Positions 37,785-47,065 of a DNA stretch of 64,000 bases are shown piece by piece (position 1 is the first letter of the stretch; each line of letters opens with the position of its first letter). Under the pieces are notes generated by a model. It had not been told where the DNA came from and did no database searches. It saw nothing but the letters and a program-made list of their open reading frames with translations. Position numbers and translations under genes: made by a program. The stretch is from NCBI GenBank assembly GCA_964540475.1, contig CAZIMC010000003.1, positions 40,789 through 104,788 of the forward strand, given 5' to 3'. This stretch comes from an uncultured Gammaproteobacteria bacterium (GTDB lineage: Bacteria > Patescibacteriota > Microgenomatia > UBA8517).

Positions 37785-38127
37785 TAACAAATCCTTCGGA
37801 TTAAAAGGCGAGGATCTCGCCTCAGAATTCCTTACCCAAAACGGTTATGACATTATAGAAAAGAATTTCCACTCACGTTTTGGCGAAATTGACCTCATTG
37901 CAATAAAAAATAACACATTAGTTTTTATTGAAGTAAAAACCAGAAAGAGCGACAAATTTGGGTCCCCTGCTGAAGCGGTTACACCCGGCAAGCTTAAAAA
38001 AATTACGAAGACAGCAGAGTATTATTCGTTACTTAACCCCAACTTACCTAAAAAAATGCTAATCGAAGTTGTTTCTATCGATTTGACACAAGGTGATCCT
38101 CGAATCCGGATAATTTCTGTATACTAA
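37762..38127 (+). CDS. yraN: YraN-family (UPF0102) PD-(D/E)xK endonuclease-like protein
   Basis: GEDLA..FL...GY.I..NF..R.GEIDLIA......VFIEVK pattern; the conserved rplS-yraN neighbourhood. Confidence 0.7.
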   Translation: MNQPKQSNNKSFGLKGEDLASEFLTQNGYDIIEKNFHSRFGEIDLIAIKNNTLVFIEVKTRKSDKFGSPAEAVTPGKLKKITKTAEYYSLLNPNLPKKMLIEVVSIDLTQGDPRIRIISVY

Positions 38128-38182
38128 ACAAATTGTACATCCTCTATGCACGCTAACCCTTGGGGTATTGAATGAGTTTAGC

Positions 38183-38211
38183 TTGATTAGAGTGTTTTCA
38201 CTCAGTAATAT
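38183..38211 (+). promoter_or_regulatory. Promoter TTGATT-17 nt-TAATAT ending 6 nt before the sodA ATG, implying a leaderless mRNA
   Basis: Hexamers at 38183-38188 and 38206-38211; the ATG is at 38218. Confidence 0.45.
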
Positions 38212-38217
38212 TACCTT

Positions 38218-38826
38218 ATGTTTAAGTTGCCAGATTTACCATATGAATACGATGCACTAGAGCCACATATCGATGAGGAGACAATGCGGCTTCACCACGA
38301 TAAACACCACGCTACTTACGTTTCTAACCTAAACGATGCATTAAAAGACCGTCCTCAGTTTCTGGAGCTTGATGTAAACGAACTATTAGGCAAACTAGAT
38401 GATCTTCCTGAAGACATTCGCACAAAGGTTCGCAATAATGGTGGTGGGCATGCTAATCATACTTTGTTTTGGGAATTAATGTGCCCACCTGGAGATTTTC
38501 GAAAGCCTGAAGGAAAACTTCTGGAAGCATTAGTCTCTACGTTTGAGAATTTAGAGGGTTTTAAAGAAAAGTTTGCTAACGTTGGTTTGGGTAGATTTGG
38601 AAGTGGTTGGGTCTGGTTAGTCGCAAACGGTAATTCACTCGAAATAACGGATACACCCAATCAGGATACACCAATAATGGACGGTGAAACTCCAATCTTA
38701 GGTCTTGATGTCTGGGAACATGCGTATTATTTAAAATATAAAAACTCCCGCAAAGATTACATCGATAATTGGTGGGATGTAGTGAATTGGGCAAACGTTG
38801 CACACCGCTTTAACTCCATAAAATAA
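38218..38826 (+). CDS. sodA: Fe/Mn superoxide dismutase
   Basis: LPDLPYEYDALEPHIDEETMRLHHDKHH N-terminal metal ligands and C-terminal DVWEHAYY. Confidence 0.9.
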   Translation: MFKLPDLPYEYDALEPHIDEETMRLHHDKHHATYVSNLNDALKDRPQFLELDVNELLGKLDDLPEDIRTKVRNNGGGHANHTLFWELMCPPGDFRKPEGKLLEALVSTFENLEGFKEKFANVGLGRFGSGWVWLVANGNSLEITDTPNQDTPIMDGETPILGLDVWEHAYYLKYKNSRKDYIDNWWDVVNWANVAHRFNSIK

Positions 38827-38850
38827 ACTGACTTGCCCCTTTGAAACTCA

Positions 38851-38919
38851 AATGAGCGAAGAGGGGTGGGATGTGGTAAACTGGAAAGTGTTAGAAGACC
38901 GTTTTAATAAACTAACCTA
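38851..38919 (+). pseudogene. Degenerate duplicated copy of the sodA 3' end (mini-ORF MSEEGWDVVNWKVLEDRFNKLT)
   Basis: GGTGGGATGTgGTaAAcTGG...CGtTTTAAtAAA...TAA parallels the sodA terminus GGTGGGATGTAGTGAATTGG...CGCTTTAACTCC...TAA (WDVVNW...RFN). Confidence 0.5.
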
Positions 38920-38921
38920 AT

Positions 38922-39131
38922 ATGTACGGAGATTTTTTACCGTTTGATATCCCGCTGCCTTTGCTTCTTGTCATTTTGGCCTGGACTTTGTTTTGGAAAG
39001 GTAAAGCTCTCTGGGCTTCCGCCCGCAACAATCAGCTATACTGGTTCATCGCACTTCTTGTGATTAACACACTGGGAATATTGGAAATAGCCTATCTTGT
39101 GCTTTTCAAAAAAAAGGCCCCCAGAAAGTAA
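38922..39131 (+). CDS. Small 2-TM membrane protein, unknown function
   Basis: ORF with two hydrophobic helices; immediately upstream of ruvC. Confidence 0.35.
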   Translation: MYGDFLPFDIPLPLLLVILAWTLFWKGKALWASARNNQLYWFIALLVINTLGILEIAYLVLFKKKAPRK

Positions 39132-39149
39132 TTGTAGTACAATAGAACC

Positions 39150-39656
39150 ATGTTGATATTGGGTATAGACCCTGGTACTGCAACAACCGGTTATGGGCTT
39201 GTGAATTTGAATGGCCATGGGAATGAAGTTGTTACGTGGGGATTAATTGAAACCGACAAATCGCTTCTTAAGGAAAGAAGGCTTGATTTTATATTTGAAG
39301 AAACCATAAGCCTTATTAAAAAACACAATCCGGATGTGTTTGTTATAGAAAAAATCTTTTTCGCAACAAATGCAAAAACTGCAATTGCTGTGGGGCAGGC
39401 CCAAGGTGTAATGCTTCTGGCTGCTCATAAAACGGGTGTGCGCGTTGAAGAATATGCTCCGGGCACAATCAAGAAAATGATTACAGGTTCAGGAAGGGCA
39501 AATAAGAAAGAGGTTGAAAAACATATCAGGCAAATCTTAGGAAGCAGGGTTAAAAGCGAATCAAAAAAAAAGACACACTTTGATAATTGTGCCGATGCGC
39601 TGGCTATTGCCCTCTGCCACGCTTTTAAACTGAAAGAAGGTGAGACAAATGTTTAA
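39150..39656 (+). CDS. ruvC: Holliday-junction resolvase RuvC
   Basis: MLILGIDPGTATTGYGLV RNase-H-fold N-terminus with catalytic D, and later acidic residues. Confidence 0.85.
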   Translation: MLILGIDPGTATTGYGLVNLNGHGNEVVTWGLIETDKSLLKERRLDFIFEETISLIKKHNPDVFVIEKIFFATNAKTAIAVGQAQGVMLLAAHKTGVRVEEYAPGTIKKMITGSGRANKKEVEKHIRQILGSRVKSESKKKTHFDNCADALAIALCHAFKLKEGETNV

Positions 39657-39894
39657 GGTTGGTCGGGTTACACACTATTACGATAAAATCGGGGTGGCTG
39701 TAGTGGAACTTAGTTCACCCTTGTCATCAGGGGATACTGTCAGGTTTGTGCGGGGAGGAGAAGAGTTGTTTGATCAAAAGATAGATTCAATACAAGTTGA
39801 ACATAAAAAGCTGGATTTTGCGGATCGGGGGAGTGTGGTAGGATTAAAGACTGAAAAGGAGGTACGTGAGGGTGCCGAAGTCTATAAACTTTAA
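39640..39894 (+). CDS. Hypothetical small beta-rich protein (G/V-rich, translation-factor beta-barrel-like pattern)
   Basis: ORF; overlaps ruvC by 17 nt and the next ORF by 29 nt. Confidence 0.4.
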   Translation: MRQMFKVGRVTHYYDKIGVAVVELSSPLSSGDTVRFVRGGEELFDQKIDSIQVEHKKLDFADRGSVVGLKTEKEVREGAEVYKL

Positions 39895-40324
39895 CTTTTT
39901 AACACGAAGGCGCGTTGCAAGAAGAAGAAAAAGCAGGGGAAAAATTGAATGGCTTAATGCGCCGGACGTTAAAAAACGAGTCGGACACCTTATTAAAACT
40001 TTGGATTTGTCTTCAATGGACTCGGAAAGGATAATTTGCTTCAGGTCTAATAATGCAAACACCCGCGCAATTGCAAGAATCTGGGGTTTATCAAAGGTCT
40101 GGCAGCAAGCTTTAAACATAAAGCCTACTTATGTGATTGAAGTCATTTCGGAAAAATATGACAAGATGCCCCAACTGGAACAAGACAAAGTCTTGATTCA
40201 CGAACTCACCCACATCCCTAGAAACTTTTCAGGGAGCCTAGTTCCTCACATTCGCCGTGGTAAAAGAAACTTCCACGACCAGGTAGATAGACTGATTGCT
40301 CAATATTTGAGGGATATTAATTAG
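39866..40324 (+). CDS. Putative HExxH metal-dependent hydrolase/peptidase (COG4900/SprT-like)
   Basis: LIHELTHIP motif preceded by the conserved RS..A.TRAIARIWGL block. Confidence 0.5.
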   Translation: MRVPKSINFNFLTRRRVARRRKSRGKIEWLNAPDVKKRVGHLIKTLDLSSMDSERIICFRSNNANTRAIARIWGLSKVWQQALNIKPTYVIEVISEKYDKMPQLEQDKVLIHELTHIPRNFSGSLVPHIRRGKRNFHDQVDRLIAQYLRDIN

Positions 40325-40416
40325 GTGGTTACGCATCGGTGTCCACTAATGTGGATATCCTGTGCTAGCTTTATGTCATAGTGTATAGTCCCGATTGTGT
40401 TACCTGACTCTTTATT

Positions 40417-41088
40417 ATGAAAATTTATGTATTACATGGTGAGGATAGTTTAAAGAGCTACGAGAGGCTTATTAAGTTTACTGATACTGCAAAAGCGCGC
40501 GGTTGGGAGGTTACATATATAGACAGTGATAGCAAACTAAGCCTGGGAGAAATACTTTCTACACCAAATCTTTTTGGTGATGAACGCTTCTTTGTGCTAA
40601 AAGATATAAAACTCCTGAAAGATAAGGATTTTAAATGGCTATCAGAAAATTCGGATAACATAGGTGGCAATTTGGTTATTTATTCCGATACTCCCATAGG
40701 AAAAACTTTTTTAAATAAACTTCCCAAGGCACAAAAGATTGAGGAATTTAGGCTGCCTCAAAAGTTGTTTAATTTCCTTGACAGTTTGTATCCAGGAAAT
40801 TCGTCACAGGCAATTACACTTTTTAATGAAATCTCAGGGACTCAGCCTGTCGAATTCACTTTCGCACTGCTTGCCAAACTTTTTAGGGATATGTATTGGG
40901 CTCTTGTAGGAGAACTGCCATATCCGTCTTGGCGGGCGGGTAAAATAAAAAGGCAAGCTTTGCTTTTTGGGCAGGAGCGTTTGAAAGGTATTATAGGGCA
41001 ACTAGCAGATATTGATATAAAGGCAAAAACCGGACAAGCGAACTTAAAGGACGAGCTTGACCTTTTCCTTACAAAGAGCCTAGAATGA
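40417..41088 (+). CDS. holA: Short DNA polymerase III delta-subunit-like protein
   Basis: IYVLHGEDSL...FGDERFFVLKD is the N-terminal pattern of HolA; only 223 aa. Confidence 0.6.
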   Translation: MKIYVLHGEDSLKSYERLIKFTDTAKARGWEVTYIDSDSKLSLGEILSTPNLFGDERFFVLKDIKLLKDKDFKWLSENSDNIGGNLVIYSDTPIGKTFLNKLPKAQKIEEFRLPQKLFNFLDSLYPGNSSQAITLFNEISGTQPVEFTFALLAKLFRDMYWALVGELPYPSWRAGKIKRQALLFGQERLKGIIGQLADIDIKAKTGQANLKDELDLFLTKSLE

Positions 41089-41092
41089 GTTA

Positions 41093-42433
41093 ATGCCAAC
41101 AAATCCTCTCTTTGGAACGAGCGGCATAAGAGGCGATGCCGAAAAGCTTTTTACTAACCAGTTTTGTTTTGATTTAGGCCGGACATTTGCAATATTTTTA
41201 ACTAATCATGCAATTGATGGCGCTGTTGCAATAGGAATGGACCCGCGAAGTTCAAGCCCCAGAATATCAAGTGCCTTACAATCCGGTCTAATTTACGAAG
41301 GTCGGGAAGTGTATGATGAAGGAGCAACTTCAGTGCCCTCAATGAATAATATTCTATTGGAAAGTGAAAAGTATGCAGGAAGCATAATGGTTTCCGGAAG
41401 TCATATAAAACCCCACCTAAATGGTGTTAAGTTCTTTTTCAACAAAGATGAGATATTAAAGGAACACGAGGCGGAAATCGAGGATATTTATAATCACACC
41501 AAAGAAAGTAAAGTTTACAACGAAAATTTAAGCGACGTTCATTTTGAGACCAAAGCGAAAGACGCTTATATCGAGAAATTGTTAAGTTACGCTTCCAAGC
41601 CGTATCCCAGGTGGAAGGCGGTAGTTGACCCTGGCGATGGTGCGCAATCAGATATAATGCCGATAGTTCTTAGACTGTTGGGGCTTCAAGTGATTGAGAT
41701 GAATGCAACCATACAAGGTGAATTTTTCTCGCGAGATACAGAGGTTGAGAAGGATTTTATTGATCTGAAACAAAAAGTTGTTGAGGAAAAGGCGGATTTT
41801 GGCATTGGCTACGATTCGGACGGTGACAGGTGTGTTTTTATTGATGAAGCTGGGTGGTTTATTCCAGGAGATTTCACCGGATGTATTTTGGCCCGGGAGC
41901 TGCCGGGGGACACTGTAGTTACGCCAATTAATACATCTCAAGTAGTTGAAAAAATCGGTAAAAAAGTTATAAGAACAAAGGTTGGCTCACCCCATGTGGT
42001 TGCCAAAATGAAAGAAACTGGTGCAGGTTTTGGTTTTGAAGCAAACGGTGGGGGAATATTCCCTCAAATGTACAGTCGTGATGGTGGCAGGTCTACAATT
42101 GAAGTTTTAAATATATTATCCAATAAGGGCGGTAAACTTTCTGAATTAATTTCCGAACTGCCCAAGTTTTATATTGAACGGGACAAAGTGGAATATAAGT
42201 GGGAACTTAAAGACAGAATTATGGAAGTGGCACAAAACAAATTCAAAGGAAATAAGACAGAAGAACTTGATGGACTAAAGATTTGGATAAATGAGGCCTC
42301 TTGGATACTTTTCCGCTCATCTGCAAATGCGCCGGAGTTTAGAGTTTTTGCCGAAAGCGACGACCCTGAAAGTGCCAAAAAGCTACTTTCTGACGGAATA
42401 GCTTTGGTAAAGGAGGTAGTTGGTAATGTTTAG
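41093..42433 (+). CDS. Phosphomannomutase/phosphoglucosamine mutase (alpha-D-phosphohexomutase family)
   Basis: LFGTSGIRG N-terminus, SGSHIKPHLNG phosphoserine loop, GYDSDGDR metal-binding loop. Confidence 0.8.
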   Translation: MPTNPLFGTSGIRGDAEKLFTNQFCFDLGRTFAIFLTNHAIDGAVAIGMDPRSSSPRISSALQSGLIYEGREVYDEGATSVPSMNNILLESEKYAGSIMVSGSHIKPHLNGVKFFFNKDEILKEHEAEIEDIYNHTKESKVYNENLSDVHFETKAKDAYIEKLLSYASKPYPRWKAVVDPGDGAQSDIMPIVLRLLGLQVIEMNATIQGEFFSRDTEVEKDFIDLKQKVVEEKADFGIGYDSDGDRCVFIDEAGWFIPGDFTGCILARELPGDTVVTPINTSQVVEKIGKKVIRTKVGSPHVVAKMKETGAGFGFEANGGGIFPQMYSRDGGRSTIEVLNILSNKGGKLSELISELPKFYIERDKVEYKWELKDRIMEVAQNKFKGNKTEELDGLKIWINEASWILFRSSANAPEFRVFAESDDPESAKKLLSDGIALVKEVVGNV

Positions 42434-43490
42434 TCTGGATAAAAAAGACGAGATAGGAAAATTAGATAAATCTAATTTAATTAATTCCATATATAATTTA
42501 TCGGATCAAATTCTGCAGGCATGGAATGAAGTTAATGATCTGGATGTTAAGTTCTCGGAAGACATCAAAAATATTGTGGTTGCCGGTATGGGGGGTTCGG
42601 CTTTGGGGGGAAGGATAGTAGGCGCATTGCTAAAAGACAAACTCCGAATACCTTTATATATTGTCACGGATTACAAATTGCCGGGGTATGTAGATAAAAA
42701 CACTTTGGTAATACTATCTTCGTATTCAGGCAATACACAGGAAACATTTGACTGCTTTCGTGAAGCTAATGACCGAAATGCACAGGTTTTCGGGATTACC
42801 ACCGGTGGAAAGTTGAAAGAGCTTTTTGAGTCGCATAAACTACCTTGTTATGTGTTTAATCCTTTTAACAACCCCTCCGGGCAGCCAAGAATGTCGCTTG
42901 GGTACTCAACAGTTTCAATTTTAGCTCTTTTAGCCAAAATCGGCTTTGTTAATATTCGTACGGATGAAATTATTAGTGTGGCAGAAGAAGTTTTTAAGTT
43001 TACTAAAGAATTGTCAGTGGACATTCCAGAAAACGATAATTTAGCAAAACGCATGGCTAGAAAGCTCAAAGGCAAAGAGGTTTATTTAATCGCCGGCGAG
43101 CATTTGTTGGGAGTTACTCACGCTTTCAAAAATCAACTGAATGAAAATGCCAAAACCATGAGCTTTTTGTTTGACCTGCCTGAATTAAACCACCATCTAC
43201 TGGAGGGCCTTAGAAACCCTGCTCAAGTAAAAGAATGGTCTGCTTTTCTTTTTTTTGAATCCAAACTATATACCAGTCAAACTATGAAAATAGTCCCGGT
43301 TGTTAAGGATGTAGTTACGAAAAACGACTTAGAAGTGTTGTCCTACCCGACAAGGCATACTACAAAGCTCTCCCAAGTATTTGAGATTTTAGTTTTTGGA
43401 TCATTTGTTTCGTATTACTTGGCGCTTTTATACGACATTGATCCGACCCCAATACCTTGGGTTGCGTATCTTAAAGAAAAACTTTCCTAA
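42420..43490 (+). CDS. Bifunctional phosphoglucose/phosphomannose isomerase (archaeal-type, SIS domains)
   Basis: VVAGMGGSALGG SIS motif; ~350 aa; downstream of the PMM gene. Confidence 0.75.
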   Translation: MVMFSLDKKDEIGKLDKSNLINSIYNLSDQILQAWNEVNDLDVKFSEDIKNIVVAGMGGSALGGRIVGALLKDKLRIPLYIVTDYKLPGYVDKNTLVILSSYSGNTQETFDCFREANDRNAQVFGITTGGKLKELFESHKLPCYVFNPFNNPSGQPRMSLGYSTVSILALLAKIGFVNIRTDEIISVAEEVFKFTKELSVDIPENDNLAKRMARKLKGKEVYLIAGEHLLGVTHAFKNQLNENAKTMSFLFDLPELNHHLLEGLRNPAQVKEWSAFLFFESKLYTSQTMKIVPVVKDVVTKNDLEVLSYPTRHTTKLSQVFEILVFGSFVSYYLALLYDIDPTPIPWVAYLKEKLS

Positions 43491-43519
43491 GTATGATTTC
43501 AATATGCTAATATGATTAT

Positions 43520-45793
43520 ATGAGTACTGCCCCGCTAGTTTTATTTTTCAATCAGACAGACAAGGGTGATTTGCCTTTAGTAGGTGGCAAGGGGGCTAAT
43601 CTTGGAGAAATGACCAAGGCGGGTTTTCCTGTACCCAACGGCTTTGCTGTAACCGTTCCTTCATACGATCTTTTTTTAACCTCTAATAATTTGTCTGGAC
43701 AAATTGATGACATATTAAAGCCATTGGACGTACATGATGCCGATTCCTTAAATGCAGCTTCCAGAAAGCTTCAAAAATTAATATTAACATCAAAAATTCC
43801 AGAACCAGTTGCTAAGGACGTTGTTAAGGCATACAAACATCTTTCGGGTTTTTTAAATAAGTCATTAGTGGCAGTACGCTCTTCGGCAACGGCAGAGGAT
43901 TTGCCGAATACCAGTTTTGCCGGTCAACAGGCCACTTTTCTGAACGTAAAGGGTGAAGCGAACTTACTTGAAAAAGTCAGGGAGTGTTGGGCTTCACTTT
44001 TTTCGGCTCGGGCTATTTTTTACCGAACGGAAAACAAGATTCCGCACAGTAAGACAAAGATTTCAGTCATAGTTCAGAAAATGGTTCAATCAGATGTTTC
44101 TGGAGTTATGTTTTCCATTGATCCAGTTACAAACGACAAAGACAGAATTATAATTGAAGGCGTATGGGGGTTGGGTGAGCTAATTGTACAGGGTGCTGTT
44201 GTACCCGATAAATACGTAGTACAGAAAGAAACCTTTTCAATTCTTTCAAAAGAGGTCTCGGATCAGGCAATCCAACTTATAAAAGTTGGAGGTGTAACTA
44301 AAGAAGTCGAGGTGCCCAAAAAGAAGCGCGATCTTCAGAAAATTACTGATGAACAGATAGTGAAGTTGGCTAAACTTGCCGACAGATTACAAAGCCATTA
44401 TTACCTCCCTCAGGACATTGAATGGGCGAGAGAAAAAGACAAGCTTTATATAACGCAAACCAGGCCAGTAACAACGATTAAAAGCGTCGGTGTCAAAAAA
44501 GAGGTGGTAGACGGAGAGATTAAAATAAGTCAGACACCTATTCTACAAGGTAGCCCAGCCTCACCAGGCGCAGGAAGTGGGCCAGTAAAAATTCTAAAAT
44601 CTCCCAAAGAAATTGCAAAAGTTCAGGCAGGTGACGTGCTTGTTGCACCCATGACTTCTCCAGATTACGTACCGGCAATGAAAAAAGCGGTTGCGATTGT
44701 AACAGATCAGGGAGGCCAGACTAGCCATGCGGCTATAGTTTCGAGGGAACTGGGTATACCTTGTGTAGTTGGCGCCAAAGACGCAACGAGTGTGTTAAAA
44801 GAAGGCAACATGATTACAGTTGACGGCAGGACCGGTCAAATTTTTCTTGGAAGCAAAGTTAAAATTGAAGTTTTAGATAAAACTGAGGAAAAAATAGTTC
44901 ATACAAAAACAGCAACCAATGTGTACGTGAATTTGGCGGAACCTGAACGTGCTAAGGAAATTGCCAAATTAAATGTTGATGGCGTTGGGCTATTGCGCGC
45001 TGAGTTTATGATTGCCAATATCGGGATTCACCCCAAAGAGGCAATTGCAAGAAAAGAGCAAGACAAGTTTATCGACAAACTAACCAGAGAACTGACTGTA
45101 TTTTGTAAAAATTTTTATCCAAGACCTGTTACTTATCGCGCGACCGACTTTAAAACTAACGAATATAGAGCGCTTCCCGGAGGAAAAGCCTGGGAGCCGG
45201 AAGAGCCTAACCCAATGCTGGGGTTTCGGGGCGCGTTTCGATATATTGCCAACCCTGAGGTTTTTAATTTGGAGCTTCAGGCCATAAAACGCGTTCGGAA
45301 GGAGTATAACAATTTGAATCTAATGATCCCGTTTGTTCGTTCGCCAGAGGAGCTCGCCCGCGTCAGGCGGCTTGTTGCGGCTGAGGGGCTTTTTGAGAGC
45401 GTAAGCTTTAAATTCTGGATGATGGTTGAACTTCCGGTTAATGTCATTTTACTTGATGAATTCATTGACGTTGGCATCGACGGAGTTTCAATAGGCTCTA
45501 ATGATTTAACAATGCTTATACAGGGTACAGACCGTGATAACTCGGAGGTAGCTCAGGCTTTCAATGAGCGTTCCTCTGCAGTTTATTGGGCTTTGAGAAA
45601 AATCATAAAGACCTGTAATAAGCGTGGAATCACATCATCTATATGCGGTCAAGCACCTAGCTCATATGATGATTTGGTTGAGAAATTAATTGAATACGGC
45701 GTAACCAGTGTATCGGTAAACCCGGATTCGGTAAATAGAGTTCGGGGGGTAATTGCCAACAAGGAAAAGGAGCTTGTTTCAAAGAGACAATAA
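43520..45793 (+). CDS. ppsA: Phosphoenolpyruvate synthase / pyruvate, water dikinase
   Basis: PEP-utilising phospho-His region GGQTSHAAIVSRELGIPCVVG; ATP-grasp N-terminal half; C-terminal TIM-barrel with cysteine. Confidence 0.85.
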   Translation: MSTAPLVLFFNQTDKGDLPLVGGKGANLGEMTKAGFPVPNGFAVTVPSYDLFLTSNNLSGQIDDILKPLDVHDADSLNAASRKLQKLILTSKIPEPVAKDVVKAYKHLSGFLNKSLVAVRSSATAEDLPNTSFAGQQATFLNVKGEANLLEKVRECWASLFSARAIFYRTENKIPHSKTKISVIVQKMVQSDVSGVMFSIDPVTNDKDRIIIEGVWGLGELIVQGAVVPDKYVVQKETFSILSKEVSDQAIQLIKVGGVTKEVEVPKKKRDLQKITDEQIVKLAKLADRLQSHYYLPQDIEWAREKDKLYITQTRPVTTIKSVGVKKEVVDGEIKISQTPILQGSPASPGAGSGPVKILKSPKEIAKVQAGDVLVAPMTSPDYVPAMKKAVAIVTDQGGQTSHAAIVSRELGIPCVVGAKDATSVLKEGNMITVDGRTGQIFLGSKVKIEVLDKTEEKIVHTKTATNVYVNLAEPERAKEIAKLNVDGVGLLRAEFMIANIGIHPKEAIARKEQDKFIDKLTRELTVFCKNFYPRPVTYRATDFKTNEYRALPGGKAWEPEEPNPMLGFRGAFRYIANPEVFNLELQAIKRVRKEYNNLNLMIPFVRSPEELARVRRLVAAEGLFESVSFKFWMMVELPVNVILLDEFIDVGIDGVSIGSNDLTMLIQGTDRDNSEVAQAFNERSSAVYWALRKIIKTCNKRGITSSICGQAPSSYDDLVEKLIEYGVTSVSVNPDSVNRVRGVIANKEKELVSKRQ

Positions 45794-47064
45794 TGGCTAA
45801 CGTTGCTCGAATTTGGGCGAGGGAAATACTGGATTCTAGGGGTGTTCCTACCGTAGAGACTGTTTGTCAGCTGGATAGTGGACACATTGCCGTAGCGTCT
45901 GTACCGGCGGGTGCTTCCACTGGGACGCACGAGACACTCGAACTCAGAGATAATGACCCAGATAGGTATTTGGGTAAGGGTGTGTTAAAGGCAGTAGAGA
46001 ATGTCAATAATATCTTGGGGCCCGCTACTATCGGCATGGACTCATCAAACCAGGAGGCAATAGACAATAAACTGATTTCCGTTGATGGCACTGAAAATAA
46101 ATCAAAAATGGGTGGTAATGCCATACTTTCAGTGTCCATGGCAGTTTGTAAAGCCTCTTCAATGGCTGCCAGCGAAAGTTTGTATTTATGGATTTACGCA
46201 CTTACCGAAAAGCTTGATTTTAAGCCCCAACTGCGGGTCCCAACTCCACTATTTAATATGATCAATGGTGGTATGCATGGGGCGGGAAACCTAGATTTCC
46301 AGGAATTTCATGTAATACCTGCATCTACTAAAAATTTTAGTGAAGGCCTAAAGATGGGGGTTGAGGTCTACATGACAATAGGCGACAACCTGGAAAGGAG
46401 AGGTGCTATTCACTCCGTCGGCGATGAAGGCGGTTATGCCCCTAATCTTTTCACAAATGCCGATGCCTTAGAGGTTTTTGTTGAGTCTATTAAATCCACC
46501 AATTATTCTATAGGAAGGGATGTGTTTTTGGGTTTGGATGTTGCTGCCAACTCCTTTTTTAAAAATGGGCAGTATGTTATCCGAGACAAGACTTCGCCTC
46601 AAGATGACAATCAAATGCTTGAGTATTACAAGGCTTTATACGATCAATACAAGTTAGCAGTTTTAGAAGACCCATTTCATGAGGATGCATGGGATAGCTG
46701 GAAGAAAATAACTGCTGCACTGTCTAATAATGTGATAATAGTGGGGGATGACTTACTGGCCACAAATCTACAGAGGACACAAAAGGCAATATCTGAACAC
46801 GCGTGTAACGCGATCTTAATTAAACCAAACCAGATTGGAACAGTTACTGAAACGCTGAAAGTAATCAAGCTCGCAAAAGATGCAGGTTGGAAAGTTGTGG
46901 TTTCTCACCGCTCAGGCGAGACAAATGACACATTTATTGCTGACTTTGCCGTAGGAGTGGGAGCAGATTATGTTAAATTCGGGGCTCCGGCAAGGGGGGA
47001 AAGAGTGGCTAAATATAACCGCTTGTCATCAATCGATATCGAATTAAGCAGACTCAGAAAATAG
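45793..47064 (+). CDS. eno: Enolase
   Basis: SHRSGETNDTFIADFAVG and IKPNQIGT signature motifs. Confidence 0.95.
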   Translation: MANVARIWAREILDSRGVPTVETVCQLDSGHIAVASVPAGASTGTHETLELRDNDPDRYLGKGVLKAVENVNNILGPATIGMDSSNQEAIDNKLISVDGTENKSKMGGNAILSVSMAVCKASSMAASESLYLWIYALTEKLDFKPQLRVPTPLFNMINGGMHGAGNLDFQEFHVIPASTKNFSEGLKMGVEVYMTIGDNLERRGAIHSVGDEGGYAPNLFTNADALEVFVESIKSTNYSIGRDVFLGLDVAANSFFKNGQYVIRDKTSPQDDNQMLEYYKALYDQYKLAVLEDPFHEDAWDSWKKITAALSNNVIIVGDDLLATNLQRTQKAISEHACNAILIKPNQIGTVTETLKVIKLAKDAGWKVVVSHRSGETNDTFIADFAVGVGADYVKFGAPARGERVAKYNRLSSIDIELSRLRK

Positions 47065-47065
47065 G

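Noticed and set aside
40340-40365. Small palindromes (TCCAC-TAAT-GTGGA, GGATATCC) upstream of holA as an operator or terminator
   Set aside because: The stems are short (5 bp) with no T-tract and no second copy elsewhere in the window, so they are not distinguishable from chance in AT-rich DNA.
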